Assembly: GCA_024692685.1 (NCBI GenBank) | Contig: JAILMJ010000002.1 | Span: forward strand, 2,261 to 66,260 | Reading direction: 5' to 3' | Source of the DNA: Clostridia bacterium | GTDB lineage: Bacteria; Bacillota; Clostridia; Oscillospirales; Acutalibacteraceae | Length of the DNA: 64,000 nt | Shown here: piece by piece, positions 47,791 through 57,506 of the stretch | How the letters are laid out: the number at the start of each line of letters is the position of its first letter | Numbering within the stretch: position 1 is the stretch's first letter | Made by a program: the position numbers and the translations under genes | Notes under the pieces: generated by a model | What the model was told of the DNA's origin: nothing | Databases searched by the model: none | Seen by the model: the letters and a program-made list of their open reading frames with translations, nothing else

Positions 47791-49077
47791 TTATTCTCCT
47801 ATTACCATTGTTCCGCCGACCGGACGGATATTGAGTATATAGCAGGAATTTTTGCCGAAAACGGCGGTAATCTTTTCCGTAAACTCATTGAGCATATCGT
47901 TTGGCACAAAGGCCTGAATTGTCCCGGCAAAGCCGCCTCCGTGAACTCTCCACGCACCTTTTCCCTTCAGGATGTCATGGCACATTGCAAGAGCAACCGA
48001 TACCGCTTGCGAGAGGGGAGCCTTGCAGGTGAAAACATTCTGGTTGTACATATATGATGAGAAACCGCTCTCAATAATCAGCTCTTTGAACTTTTTAAAA
48101 TCGCCGTTTTCCAAAGCTTTGACCTGCGCGTCCACACGTTCGTTTTCGTTGAAGAAGTGTTTTGCGCGCAGAACGGCTCTGTCATTGACCAGACTGCGGA
48201 CTTTTGCGATGTTATTTTCAAATTCTTCCCTGTCGGTGTCGCGCAGGACTTTTTTGCCGAAGGATTCGGCGACCTGCTCCATTTCTCTTCTTACAGCTGC
48301 GTAATCATCGGTAAGGTCTGAGTGATCTGCGCCGGAATCAATTATGCAGAGCGAATGGCCGCAGGAGGAAAAATCAAAATTCACTTTGTGAATGATGGGA
48401 GAGGCAGGGTCGTTGAAATCTATCTGTACAAAACCGCCTACCGAGCAGGCCATCTGGTCCATAAGCCCGCAGGGTTTACCGAAATAAACATTCTCAGCAT
48501 ATTGGGATATCTGTGCTATTTCAACGGGACTGATTTTGCCTTCGTTGTAGAGATAATTCATGATTGTGCCTACAAGCACCTCAAAAGCTGCGGATGACGA
48601 AAGCCCGGAACCGGAGAAGACATCCGACGCAGTTGCAGCGTCGAAACCTCCGATTTTATATCCGCGCTCTTTGAAAGCGGCACATATTCCTCTTACAAGT
48701 GAAGCGGAGTGGCCCGTTTCTTCATTCCTGATTGCAAGGTCGTCAAGAACGGCAGTGTCCATTTCGTAGTTTTCAGATTTAACTCTGACTGTGTTTTCAC
48801 TGTTTTTTGAAACAACGGCAACCGCATCAAGGTCAACACTTGCCGCAAGAACCTTTCCGTGATTGTGGTCGGTGTGGTTTCCTCCGACTTCGGTTCTTCC
48901 GGGCGCGCTGAATACACTGACCGTGCGTCCTTCTCCGTATATTTCGTCAAATTCGTTTGAAATCCTGATGTATCTTTTTTTCTGATTTTCTACATCTGAT
49001 TCTTTATAGAGTCTTGCAAAACTGTCGTCATAAAGACCGTCAGCGATATTTTCTCTCAGTGTTTTGTTATCGGGCAT
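47791..49077 (-). CDS. galK: Galactokinase-family GHMP kinase
   Basis: APGRTEVGGNHTDH, GSGLSSSAA, PCGLMDQ, RVHGGGFAG. Confidence 0.85.
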   Translation of the reverse strand: MPDNKTLRENIADGLYDDSFARLYKESDVENQKKRYIRISNEFDEIYGEGRTVSVFSAPGRTEVGGNHTDHNHGKVLAASVDLDAVAVVSKNSENTVRVKSENYEMDTAVLDDLAIRNEETGHSASLVRGICAAFKERGYKIGGFDAATASDVFSGSGLSSSAAFEVLVGTIMNYLYNEGKISPVEIAQISQYAENVYFGKPCGLMDQMACSVGGFVQIDFNDPASPIIHKVNFDFSSCGHSLCIIDSGADHSDLTDDYAAVRREMEQVAESFGKKVLRDTDREEFENNIAKVRSLVNDRAVLRAKHFFNENERVDAQVKALENGDFKKFKELIIESGFSSYMYNQNVFTCKAPLSQAVSVALAMCHDILKGKGAWRVHGGGFAGTIQAFVPNDMLNEFTEKITAVFGKNSCYILNIRPVGGTMVIGE

Positions 49078-49083
49078 AATGAT

Positions 49084-49839
49084 TTATCCTTTCTCTTTTT
49101 CAGCTTTGCTTTTGTCATACTCTCTGACCAACTGCTCTATAAGATTCCATACTCCGTTTACGCTCAGCCCCGATATTGCGGTGAATAGCGATATTACCAT
49201 TACCGGAATGAGGAAACCGGCTGAAAGCGGGTCAAACAGATTGTTGCCTACAAGGCAGAACGAAATCAGTTTCGGAAGGAATGCGGCTAAAGAGATGCCG
49301 AGATATTTGGGGTATCCGAAATCAAAAGAACCGTAAATTGATGAAAACGTGTTGACAGGCATCCACGGAACCATTCTCAGCAAGGCAAGCAGAATGGGGT
49401 TGCCTTTTCCGTCGGACTGTATCAGCGTTCTCAGGTCATCGTTTTTGCTCACGAGTTTCCACGCGTATCCCGCTCCGAATCTCCTGCCCCAGAAATATTT
49501 GACGGTGAATTGAATTGCAAGGCCGAGCAAATTTACCGGAAGACCTATGTATATCGGAAAGACAACACCGGTCAGGAAGCAGACCGTGGACGTAGGGTAA
49601 ATAGGAAAAATGCTTTTGATGAGATAAAGTGCCAGAATAGCCGCAATGAAGTACGATGTTTTATCAAGAGAGGTGATGTAGTATTCAATTCTGAGCAGCA
49701 TCTCTCTCAGATCGGCATACCAGGTCCACAGGAAATCATATCTGAGCAAAAAAAGAAGGAGGGTAGCTGCAAAGAAAACAATAAGCGAAATCAATCCTAC
49801 GAAAAGCAGAAGTTTTTTCGGCTTTCTGTATTTTTCCAA
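49084..49839 (-). CDS. TVP38/TMEM64 (VTT/DedA-like) membrane protein
   Basis: LLRMVPWMPVNTFS, YLGISLAAFLP; re-entrant helix pattern. Confidence 0.75.
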   Translation of the reverse strand: MEKYRKPKKLLLFVGLISLIVFFAATLLLFLLRYDFLWTWYADLREMLLRIEYYITSLDKTSYFIAAILALYLIKSIFPIYPTSTVCFLTGVVFPIYIGLPVNLLGLAIQFTVKYFWGRRFGAGYAWKLVSKNDDLRTLIQSDGKGNPILLALLRMVPWMPVNTFSSIYGSFDFGYPKYLGISLAAFLPKLISFCLVGNNLFDPLSAGFLIPVMVISLFTAISGLSVNGVWNLIEQLVREYDKSKAEKEKG

Positions 49840-50045
49840 AATATCCCTCCCCGTTACACATATTTTTACATTTTACTATTATATATTACGTTTTAAGAAT
49901 AATCAACAGTTTTTTTCGGTGGCTCCGTCCTTGAGGTTCCTCTGCTGTTTTGCTCTTTTGCGGCGCCTGAAACCGGGTTTTCAGTGCTAAAAATATGAAA
50001 TAAACATAAAATTCAAAAAAAATTTAAATTTTATGAAAAAAACAC

Positions 50046-50074
50046 TTGATTTTATCCGTAATTGAATGTATAAT
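50046..50074 (+). promoter_or_regulatory. SigA promoter of the dcw cluster (Pmra)
   Basis: TTGATT (50046), 17 bp, TATAAT (50069). Confidence 0.8.
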
Positions 50075-50082
50075 CAGCGTAC

Positions 50083-50109
50083 AAGGGAGCGAAAGGGGAT
50101 GTAAGGGGA
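50083..50109 (+). repeat. Three direct repeats at 10-bp period, MraZ-box-like
   Basis: AAGGGAG (50083), AAGGGGA (50093), AAGGGGA (50103), directly after the Pmra -10 box. Confidence 0.7.
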
Positions 50110-50154
50110 TTTTACCCGTTTAGCTTAAAATTGCTTCGGAAGGAGGTAAACTGC

Positions 50155-50634
50155 ATGTCGGAAGGCGTAATCACTTCTTGTATAGGCGGCTGCGAAAACC
50201 GCAAATTTGACCAGGGCAACAGAATAACAATTCCAAACGCTTTCCGTGAAAGATTCCAGGCAAAGCAGGTTTACCTTTTAAAGAACATCCAAAGCAGGAG
50301 CAAGGCAAATAACTGCATTATCGCCTACACTCCCGAGGAATATCTTGCTTTTTATGAAAGACTGGAGACCATTTTTGAGGGCGAAATGCTTGATAAGGCG
50401 CAGAGAAAGATAGCCGGCAGCACAGACAGGGCGATAATAGACAAGGACGGCAGAATTTCTCTTAAACCCGATTTTATGGAGTTTGCCCAGCTTACCGATG
50501 AGGCGGTCATTTCCTGTCAGCCCAAGAAAATCGAAATATGGAATCCCGAAAAGTGGAGTGCCCTTCAGGTATTTGATGAGCAGACCGAAACAGATGAAGG
50601 AGAGCAGCCCGATTTCTCCAGGGTTCAATTCTGA
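50155..50634 (+). CDS. mraZ: Division/cell wall cluster repressor MraZ (divergent)
   Basis: Duplicated AbrB-like motifs FDQGNRITIP and IDKDGRISL, KIEIWNPEKW; first gene before rsmH; AGGAGGT RBS. Confidence 0.85.
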   Translation: MSEGVITSCIGGCENRKFDQGNRITIPNAFRERFQAKQVYLLKNIQSRSKANNCIIAYTPEEYLAFYERLETIFEGEMLDKAQRKIAGSTDRAIIDKDGRISLKPDFMEFAQLTDEAVISCQPKKIEIWNPEKWSALQVFDEQTETDEGEQPDFSRVQF

Positions 50635-50646
50635 CGGAGCTTCAAT

Positions 50647-51585
50647 ATGGATACTATCGCTTTTAATCATATACCGGTGCTGTTTGACAAGACGATAAAC
50701 GCGCTCAACATAAAAAGCGACGGGATATATATTGACTGCACGGCAGGCGGCGGGGGCCATTCCGCTGCAATAGCCGCAAGATTAACCACAGGCAGACTGA
50801 TAGCCGTTGACAGAGACCCTCAGGCGATTGAAGTCCTGACCGGGCGTTTCGGCAAATCGGAAAATATAAGTATTGTTCACGATAATTTCTTTAATATAAA
50901 ATCCATAACAGAGAGTTTGGGCATCGGCTTAGCAGACGGTATACTTGCCGATTTGGGAGTAAGCTCACACCAGCTTGATGACGCCTCGCGCGGCTTCAGT
51001 TACAGAAAGGACGCCCCTCTTGATATGCGTATGAGCCTTGAGGGAACAAGCGCGGCAGATGTTGTAAACAGTCTCGGTGAGAATGAGCTTTCAAAGATTC
51101 TCTTTGATTACGGAGAAGAAAAATTCGCCCGCCGTATCGCAGGAGCGATAACGGAAGCAAGAAAAAACGGACCGATAACCACAACCCTTCAGCTTGCCGA
51201 TATAGTTTCCGGGGCATATCCCGCGGCGGCAAGACGTGACGGCCACCCCGCAAGAAAAACGTTTCAGGCTCTGAGAATATATGTCAATTCCGAACTCAGC
51301 GGCCTGACGGAAGCCGTTAATGATATGTTTGATTGCCTCAAACCCGGCGGAAGACTTTGTATTATTTCTTTTCATTCTCTGGAAGACAGGGCGGTTAAGC
51401 AGGCGCTCACCCCGCTTACGAAGGGCTGTACGTGTCCGAAAAGCTTTCCCGTTTGTGTATGCGGCAATAAACCTAAAGCAAAACTCTTCAAGCCGGTTAC
51501 TCCGGATGAAGATGAACTGAGCAAAAATCCCAGAAGCAGATCGGCTAAACTCAGAACAGCCGAAAAGCTTATCTGTAATAACTAA
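50647..51585 (+). CDS. rsmH: 16S rRNA m4C1402 methyltransferase
   Basis: HIPVL, DCTAGGGGHS, DLGVSSHQLD, RGFSY, PLDMRM, ISFHSLEDR, NPRSRSAKLR. Confidence 0.97.
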   Translation: MDTIAFNHIPVLFDKTINALNIKSDGIYIDCTAGGGGHSAAIAARLTTGRLIAVDRDPQAIEVLTGRFGKSENISIVHDNFFNIKSITESLGIGLADGILADLGVSSHQLDDASRGFSYRKDAPLDMRMSLEGTSAADVVNSLGENELSKILFDYGEEKFARRIAGAITEARKNGPITTTLQLADIVSGAYPAAARRDGHPARKTFQALRIYVNSELSGLTEAVNDMFDCLKPGGRLCIISFHSLEDRAVKQALTPLTKGCTCPKSFPVCVCGNKPKAKLFKPVTPDEDELSKNPRSRSAKLRTAEKLICNN

Positions 51586-51613
51586 TTTTTGAAGAAGGAG
51601 AGTCGGGACAATA

Positions 51614-52096
51614 ATGGATGACTTTGATTTTATTCCCAGCTTTGTTCCGGCACCGAGCACATCAACCGCGGCTCCGAAAATCGGCGGCTATGAGTTACCG
51701 GATAGAAAGAGAGCCGGCAGGCCGAATGCCCGTCCTTCTGCCAGACCCGCACCCGAGCGCAAAGTTTCATTAAAAACCGTTGCGATAGTGTTTGCGTTAG
51801 GGGTATTGATTTTGGGCATGCTGTCTTCCAAGATTTATCTTGATAAGAAGATTGTTAAAAATAACCGCACAATTGCAAATCTTACTGAGGAAATAGATCA
51901 GGCGAAGGCCGAGAATGTCAGGCTCACGGCAGCTCTCAGCTGCGTGATTTCCTCGGAGAAAGTTCAGGATTATGCAACAAATGTGTTGGGCATGCAAAAA
52001 GCTGAGCGTTACCAGATACACTACTTTGATGACAGGGATGGCGACAAGGTAGTAATAGCCGGTGGCAAAGCTCTCAATGCAGATGCGCAGAGGTAA
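51614..52096 (+). CDS. ftsL: Cell division protein FtsL-like
   Basis: Single TM then coiled coil (IANLTEEIDQAKAENVRL...YATNVLGM); canonical position after rsmH. Confidence 0.72.
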   Translation: MDDFDFIPSFVPAPSTSTAAPKIGGYELPDRKRAGRPNARPSARPAPERKVSLKTVAIVFALGVLILGMLSSKIYLDKKIVKNNRTIANLTEEIDQAKAENVRLTAALSCVISSEKVQDYATNVLGMQKAERYQIHYFDDRDGDKVVIAGGKALNADAQR

Positions 52097-52105
52097 CTGC
52101 GCCGG

Positions 52106-52136
52106 GCTGTCTCGTTTTTACAGGGGCAGCTTTTTT
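52106..52136 (+). terminator. Terminator-like hairpin inside the dcw cluster
   Basis: GCTGTCTC-N9-GGGGCAGC (two G:U pairs) then TTTTTT. Confidence 0.55.
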
Positions 52137-52227
52137 GACTTTATTACAGCGCTGACAATACACGACGCTGTTTCGGATATACGGCATAAAAGCCGGTAAA
52201 ACTGATTTTTCAGAATTGGAGGAATGC

Positions 52228-54657
52228 GTGACAATGAGTGGCCGGAGTCTTTCAAAATCCGATATGAAGGCGAATGCAAGATTTGTGGCCGTTTTACTTG
52301 TCATAGCTATTCTCACTGTTATTGTCAGGCTTGCCGATATTCAGATTCTGAATGCCGACAAATACAAAAGAAGCGCAAACTCAGCCCAGTGGGATGTCGA
52401 GATGATACCTGCAAGAAGGGGAAGTATATATGATGCTGAAGGCTCGATTATAGCCCAAAGTGCGCAAACCTGGCAGCTGTATCTCATACCCGAAAATTTT
52501 GAAAGTGAAAACTTCAGGTCGGATGTTTGCAAACATGTTGCCGATACTCTTGGCCTCGATTACGATGAGCTCATTGAACAGACCCGCATAAATAAGAGCG
52601 TTGCCGACGATGAACTTGTTATTGCTCATAAAAAAGTTGTCAAATCCCAGATGGAATTGTCGGAAAAGCGTCTGATTGACTGCGGAGAATCCGGTGAATA
52701 CATCACGGATTCCGATGGAAAATCGGTACCCAATCCCAATCCGAATTGCCTCATACACAGATTTTATAAAGATCCGGAGACCGGCAAAACATACTATTAC
52801 AGTAATGTTATGGGCCTTGATAAGGACAGCAAGCGCTATTACCCGATGGGTGATTTCTGTTCCGGAGCTGTCGGTTTTATAAATGCCGACGGTGACGGCG
52901 CAAGCGGTATAGAAAGATATTACAATACACTTCTTTCGGGAACCGACGGCAGAAAGGTGTCTTACGGCAGCAATGTCAGAGCCGACAGTTCCGATATCGA
53001 CGAGGTTAAAAACGGCGTAAACCTCAAGCTCACTATCAGTGAAGCAGTTCAGCTTGACCTGGATAAGAATCTGAAAGAGGTTTATGAAAGAAGCGGAGGC
53101 CTAGGTGCATACGGTATTGTGATGGATGTCAATACCGGCGCAATACTTGCCATGGATGCAATCGGTTACAAGGGCAACTACGACCTTTCCGATCCCGACA
53201 AACTCAACGGTTATTACTCCGTAGCTCTTGACAGGGCGGTCTCAAACGAAGACTACGATGAGCTTGATTACTACCTGGGCAAAGTCGAGAACGGCGAGGA
53301 ACAGATGAATGAGATAACCTCCGTGGAAGACTACGAAAGCAGAATGAAGCTGTTCAGAAAGAAACTTGCTTATTTTTATAAGCTGGAGCAGTGGAATAAC
53401 TACTGTGTATCCGAAACCTATCATCCGGGTTCGGTATTCAAAATTTTTCTTACAGCCGCCGCGCTTGAGGAAAATATACTCCCGGCGGATTACACATACA
53501 CCTGCGTAGGCTCCGTAAGTGTTGAGGACAGAATATTCAATTGCCACGTTTCCGGCCACGGTACCCAGGACCTCAGACACGGCCTGATGAATTCCTGCAA
53601 CCCGTTTTTCATAAAACTCGGTCTGACGCTCGGAGCGGAAAAATTCTTCAAGTACTTTGAGGCTTTCGGCTTTACCGAGAAGACGGGAATTGAAAGTATA
53701 GAAGAGTCCAACTCTATTTACTATAAACGTGATGAACTGACCAGAGTTTCTCTCGCCAGTGAATCTTTCGGTCAGACTTTCAGCATAACCCCCATTCAGC
53801 TTATTACCGCAATTTCATCCATAGCAAACGGCGGAAAACTTATGCAGCCCTACATAGTTGCCGAGCAGCTTGACGATAACGGAAATGTTGTCAGCAAGAC
53901 AAAGCCGACTGTCAAACGGCAGGTTATTTCTGAAGAAACCGCCGCTACGGTTGCATCCATGATGGAGGATGTTGTCAAGAGCGGCACCGGTAAAAACGGC
54001 TATGTTGCCGGATACAGAGTGGCGGGAAAAACGGGTACAACCCAGAAATATCAGTTAAAAGGAACTTATATTGCTTCCTTCGGATGCTTTGCTCCTGCAG
54101 ACGACCCGCAGATAGCGGTACTTATTATTGTTGATGAGCCGCAGGGCGAAATAAACGGAAGCACCGTTTGCGCTCCTGTTGCTGCAAAGGTTGTTGAAAA
54201 TACTCTTGAACGTCTCGGCGTTGAAAGACAGTATACAGATGAAGAAATAGAGAAACTTGATACCAATACTCCGGGCGTCATAGGCAGAGATGCCTACGAA
54301 GCGGGCGATGAACTTGAAGAAGCCGGTTTTGAGGTAAGAATAATCGGCGGAGGAAGCAAGGTAATCAGTCAAAGTCCCGCAGGCGGTCAGACGATACCCA
54401 AGGGCGGTGTCATAGCGCTCTATACGACAGACGAAGAGGAAGAAAGAGTTAAGGTCACGGTGCCCGATCTTTCCGGCCTCGGCGTCAGCGGTGTGAAGAA
54501 GTACGCCGCATCGGAAGGCATTAACGTGAGGACCTCCGGCAACTCGGGAAGCGGTGTCGTTTCCTACGATCAGAGTATAGCGGCCGGGACTCAGGTTGAA
54601 TACGGTACTATAGTAACTGTATATTTCAAATCATACGAAAATATTTCGGACGGATAA
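52228..54657 (+). CDS. Class B penicillin-binding protein FtsI/SpoVD with two PASTA domains
   Basis: ARRGSIYD, SxxK (PGSVFK), SxN (SCN), KTG, two C-terminal PASTA repeats; start GTG 52228 or ATG 52234. Confidence 0.92.
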   Translation: MTMSGRSLSKSDMKANARFVAVLLVIAILTVIVRLADIQILNADKYKRSANSAQWDVEMIPARRGSIYDAEGSIIAQSAQTWQLYLIPENFESENFRSDVCKHVADTLGLDYDELIEQTRINKSVADDELVIAHKKVVKSQMELSEKRLIDCGESGEYITDSDGKSVPNPNPNCLIHRFYKDPETGKTYYYSNVMGLDKDSKRYYPMGDFCSGAVGFINADGDGASGIERYYNTLLSGTDGRKVSYGSNVRADSSDIDEVKNGVNLKLTISEAVQLDLDKNLKEVYERSGGLGAYGIVMDVNTGAILAMDAIGYKGNYDLSDPDKLNGYYSVALDRAVSNEDYDELDYYLGKVENGEEQMNEITSVEDYESRMKLFRKKLAYFYKLEQWNNYCVSETYHPGSVFKIFLTAAALEENILPADYTYTCVGSVSVEDRIFNCHVSGHGTQDLRHGLMNSCNPFFIKLGLTLGAEKFFKYFEAFGFTEKTGIESIEESNSIYYKRDELTRVSLASESFGQTFSITPIQLITAISSIANGGKLMQPYIVAEQLDDNGNVVSKTKPTVKRQVISEETAATVASMMEDVVKSGTGKNGYVAGYRVAGKTGTTQKYQLKGTYIASFGCFAPADDPQIAVLIIVDEPQGEINGSTVCAPVAAKVVENTLERLGVERQYTDEEIEKLDTNTPGVIGRDAYEAGDELEEAGFEVRIIGGGSKVISQSPAGGQTIPKGGVIALYTTDEEEERVKVTVPDLSGLGVSGVKKYAASEGINVRTSGNSGSGVVSYDQSIAAGTQVEYGTIVTVYFKSYENISDG

Positions 54658-54690
54658 GTTAAAAGCCGCCCAATCTCCCCGGAGGATAAA

Positions 54691-56121
54691 ATGAAACTGT
54701 CTGCCATTCTTTCCGAAATTGAATATAAAGGTGCATTTACAGAATGCGAAGTCACAGGTATAACCGATAATTCCGACAGGGTAAAACCGGGATTCATATT
54801 TGTATGCATAAACGGCAAACATTTTGACGGTCATACCAAGGCGGCGGAAGTGCTCGGAAAAGGTGCCGCGGCAGTTGTTGCAGAGAGGGATCTCGGGCTT
54901 GAAGGCCAGATACTTGTTGCCGATTCCAGAAGAGCGTACGCTCTGATGAGCGCCGCATATTTCTCACACCCGGAGAAGAACCTGAAAATAATCGGAATAA
55001 CCGGCACAAACGGCAAAACCACGACAGCTTTTATTCTGAGATCTGCGCTCGAAAAACTCGGCCACAAAACGGGAATGATAGGTACGGTTAAAGTAGTTGT
55101 GGGAGACAGGGAGTTTCCTGCCTCCTTGACGACTCCGGATCCGTTCACTCTTTTCGGCTTGCTTGCAATGATGTGCGCAGACTCCTGTGAATACTGCGTT
55201 ATGGAGACCTCGTCCCAGGCGCTTGATCAGCACAGGGTTGACGGTATTCATTTCACCGCAGCCGTTTTTACAAACCTTACGGTTGACCATCTTGACTATC
55301 ATGAAACGATTGAAAAATATAAAAAAGCAAAGCATTTGCTTTTTGAGAACACCGACCTGGGCGTCTATAACATAGATGACGAAGCCGGTGAATATATGAT
55401 GGAAAATACAGCCTGCCGAAAGGTGACATATTCACTCGACAGGGATGATTGCAATTATTCGGCGAAAAACATCCGTTTTGATGCCTCGGGCGTAAAATAT
55501 GAAATAGTCAGCAATGACGATATTGGCAGGGTTTCATTTAAAGTGCCCGGCAGATTCAATGTTTATAATTCAATGGGCGCGGTGGTTTGTCTTCTTGAAC
55601 TCGGAATGAATTTCAAGGACACTCTTGAAGCGGTTTCGGAGTTTCCGGGAGTACCGGGCCGAATGGAAGTAGTCCCCACCGGGAAGCCCTATACAGTAAT
55701 AATAGACTATGCCCATACACCCGATGGTCTTCAAAATGTTCTTTCTTCAGTTAAGGAAGTTGCCCGTGGCAGGGTAATAGCGGTATTCGGATGCGGAGGA
55801 GACAGAGACAAAACCAAGCGCCCGATTATGGGCAAAATAGGCTCCGAACTTGCCGATATGGCGATAATAACCTCAGATAATCCCAGGACGGAAGATCCGG
55901 AAGAGATAATAAATGAAATTCTTACCGGAGTCGGTAAACATTCCCATGCCAAGATTATTGTTGAATGTGACAGAACAAAGGCAATCAAAAAAGCTCTTTC
56001 CGTTGCGGAGGAAGGCGATGTCATAGTCCTTGCAGGTAAAGGCCACGAAACATATCAGATTCTTGCAAGCGGCAAGATTCATTACGACGAAAGAGAGATA
56101 GTCGCAGAGCTGTTGAAATGA
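54691..56121 (+). CDS. murE: UDP-MurNAc-dipeptide:diaminopimelate ligase
   Basis: GITGTNGKTT, LTTPD, METSSQ, IDYAHTPD, SDNPR, LAGKGHE. Confidence 0.96.
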   Translation: MKLSAILSEIEYKGAFTECEVTGITDNSDRVKPGFIFVCINGKHFDGHTKAAEVLGKGAAAVVAERDLGLEGQILVADSRRAYALMSAAYFSHPEKNLKIIGITGTNGKTTTAFILRSALEKLGHKTGMIGTVKVVVGDREFPASLTTPDPFTLFGLLAMMCADSCEYCVMETSSQALDQHRVDGIHFTAAVFTNLTVDHLDYHETIEKYKKAKHLLFENTDLGVYNIDDEAGEYMMENTACRKVTYSLDRDDCNYSAKNIRFDASGVKYEIVSNDDIGRVSFKVPGRFNVYNSMGAVVCLLELGMNFKDTLEAVSEFPGVPGRMEVVPTGKPYTVIIDYAHTPDGLQNVLSSVKEVARGRVIAVFGCGGDRDKTKRPIMGKIGSELADMAIITSDNPRTEDPEEIINEILTGVGKHSHAKIIVECDRTKAIKKALSVAEEGDVIVLAGKGHETYQILASGKIHYDEREIVAELLK

Positions 56122-56130
56122 GGAATTCCG

Positions 56131-57486
56131 ATGATACCCATATCATTTAAGGACGCTGCAAAGGCTGTCGGATCGACGACGGTTCTCAACGGCAGTTTTG
56201 ATAACATATGCACGGATTCGAGAAAAATAATTCCTGGCTGCCTGTTTATAGCCATTCCGGGTGAAAGGTTTGACGGTCACGATTACGCCCGGAACGCAAT
56301 CGAAGACGGCGCCGCTGCAGTTCTGGTTGAAAGAGACTGCGGCCTCGGTGATAAACAGATTACGGTCGGAAGCACGAGAAAAGCTCTGCTCGACCTCGCA
56401 GGATATTACAGAAGTCTTTTCAATATTCCCGTAGTCGGAGTCACGGGTTCAGTGGGCAAAACCACAACAAAAGAAATGATATATTCAGTCCTCAGCTCCG
56501 AATACAAAACCCTAAAAAATGAAGGCAATCTCAACAATGAAATCGGAGTTCCGCTCACACTTTTCCGCCTTGACTCATCTTATGAAGCGGCGGTTATCGA
56601 AATGGGAATGAGCGGCTTCGGTGAAATATCAAGAATGACAAAAGCGGTTAAACCCTGTATAGGCGTTATTTCGAATATCGGGGTTTCACATATAGAAAAA
56701 CTCGGTTCAAGGGAAGGAATACTCAAGGCCAAACTCGAGATTACGGACGGTATGACGCCGGGTACTCCCTTGATTTTAAACGGTGATGATGATATGCTTT
56801 CCGGCATAACTGCGCCGGATTATGAAATAATCACCTTCGGTTTGAATAACAGCTGCGCTTACAAAGCGCTTGATATTACCTCCAAAGATGACACAACTGT
56901 TTTCACCTGCAGTTGTGTCGGCGGCCCGGTACAAGGGCGCCTTCCCTTTACGGGCCGCCACAACGTTTATAATGCTTTGTCCGCAATAGCTGTGGGCGAA
57001 GCGGTACATATACCGGCATCAAAAGCAATGAAAGCCCTTGAAAACTATAAAACCACGGGCCTGAGGCAAAAGATTGAGAGGATTGACGGAATAACCCTTA
57101 TCGAAGATTGCTACAACGCAAGCCCGGACTCTCAGAAAGCGGCAATGACCGTGCTCGGAAATATGGCCGCACAGAGAAGGATAGCTGTCGTCGGCGATAT
57201 GCTTGAACTCGGCGATTACAGCGAAAAAGCTCACAGTCTTGTCGGGAGATATGCTTTTGAAAACGATGTGGATATCCTTTTCACTTACGGCGGGCAGTCG
57301 GAGATTACAGCCCGTGTTGCAAAAGAGTGCGGAGTCGGGGATGTGAGAATTTTTGACGACAAATCCACGCTTACGGCTGACCTTGCTCATACTGTGAGAG
57401 AAGGGGATGCGGTGCTGTTTAAAGCGAGCAGAGGCATGAAACTCGAAGATGTTATAGACGGTTTAATTAATTCATTACATAAATAA
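56131..57486 (+). CDS. murF: UDP-MurNAc-tripeptide:D-Ala-D-Ala ligase
   Basis: VTGSVGKTTTKE, NLNNEIGVP, VIEMGM, DCYNASP, GDMLELG, KASRGM. Confidence 0.96.
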   Translation: MIPISFKDAAKAVGSTTVLNGSFDNICTDSRKIIPGCLFIAIPGERFDGHDYARNAIEDGAAAVLVERDCGLGDKQITVGSTRKALLDLAGYYRSLFNIPVVGVTGSVGKTTTKEMIYSVLSSEYKTLKNEGNLNNEIGVPLTLFRLDSSYEAAVIEMGMSGFGEISRMTKAVKPCIGVISNIGVSHIEKLGSREGILKAKLEITDGMTPGTPLILNGDDDMLSGITAPDYEIITFGLNNSCAYKALDITSKDDTTVFTCSCVGGPVQGRLPFTGRHNVYNALSAIAVGEAVHIPASKAMKALENYKTTGLRQKIERIDGITLIEDCYNASPDSQKAAMTVLGNMAAQRRIAVVGDMLELGDYSEKAHSLVGRYAFENDVDILFTYGGQSEITARVAKECGVGDVRIFDDKSTLTADLAHTVREGDAVLFKASRGMKLEDVIDGLINSLHK

Positions 57487-57506
57487 TACAGAAAGGGGGA
57501 AGTGAA

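Noticed and set aside
49860-50045. AT-rich divergent intergenic region with a small hairpin CTGAAAC-CGG-GTTTTCAG
   Set aside because: No recognisable ncRNA or ORF; consistent with ordinary divergent promoter and UP-element sequence
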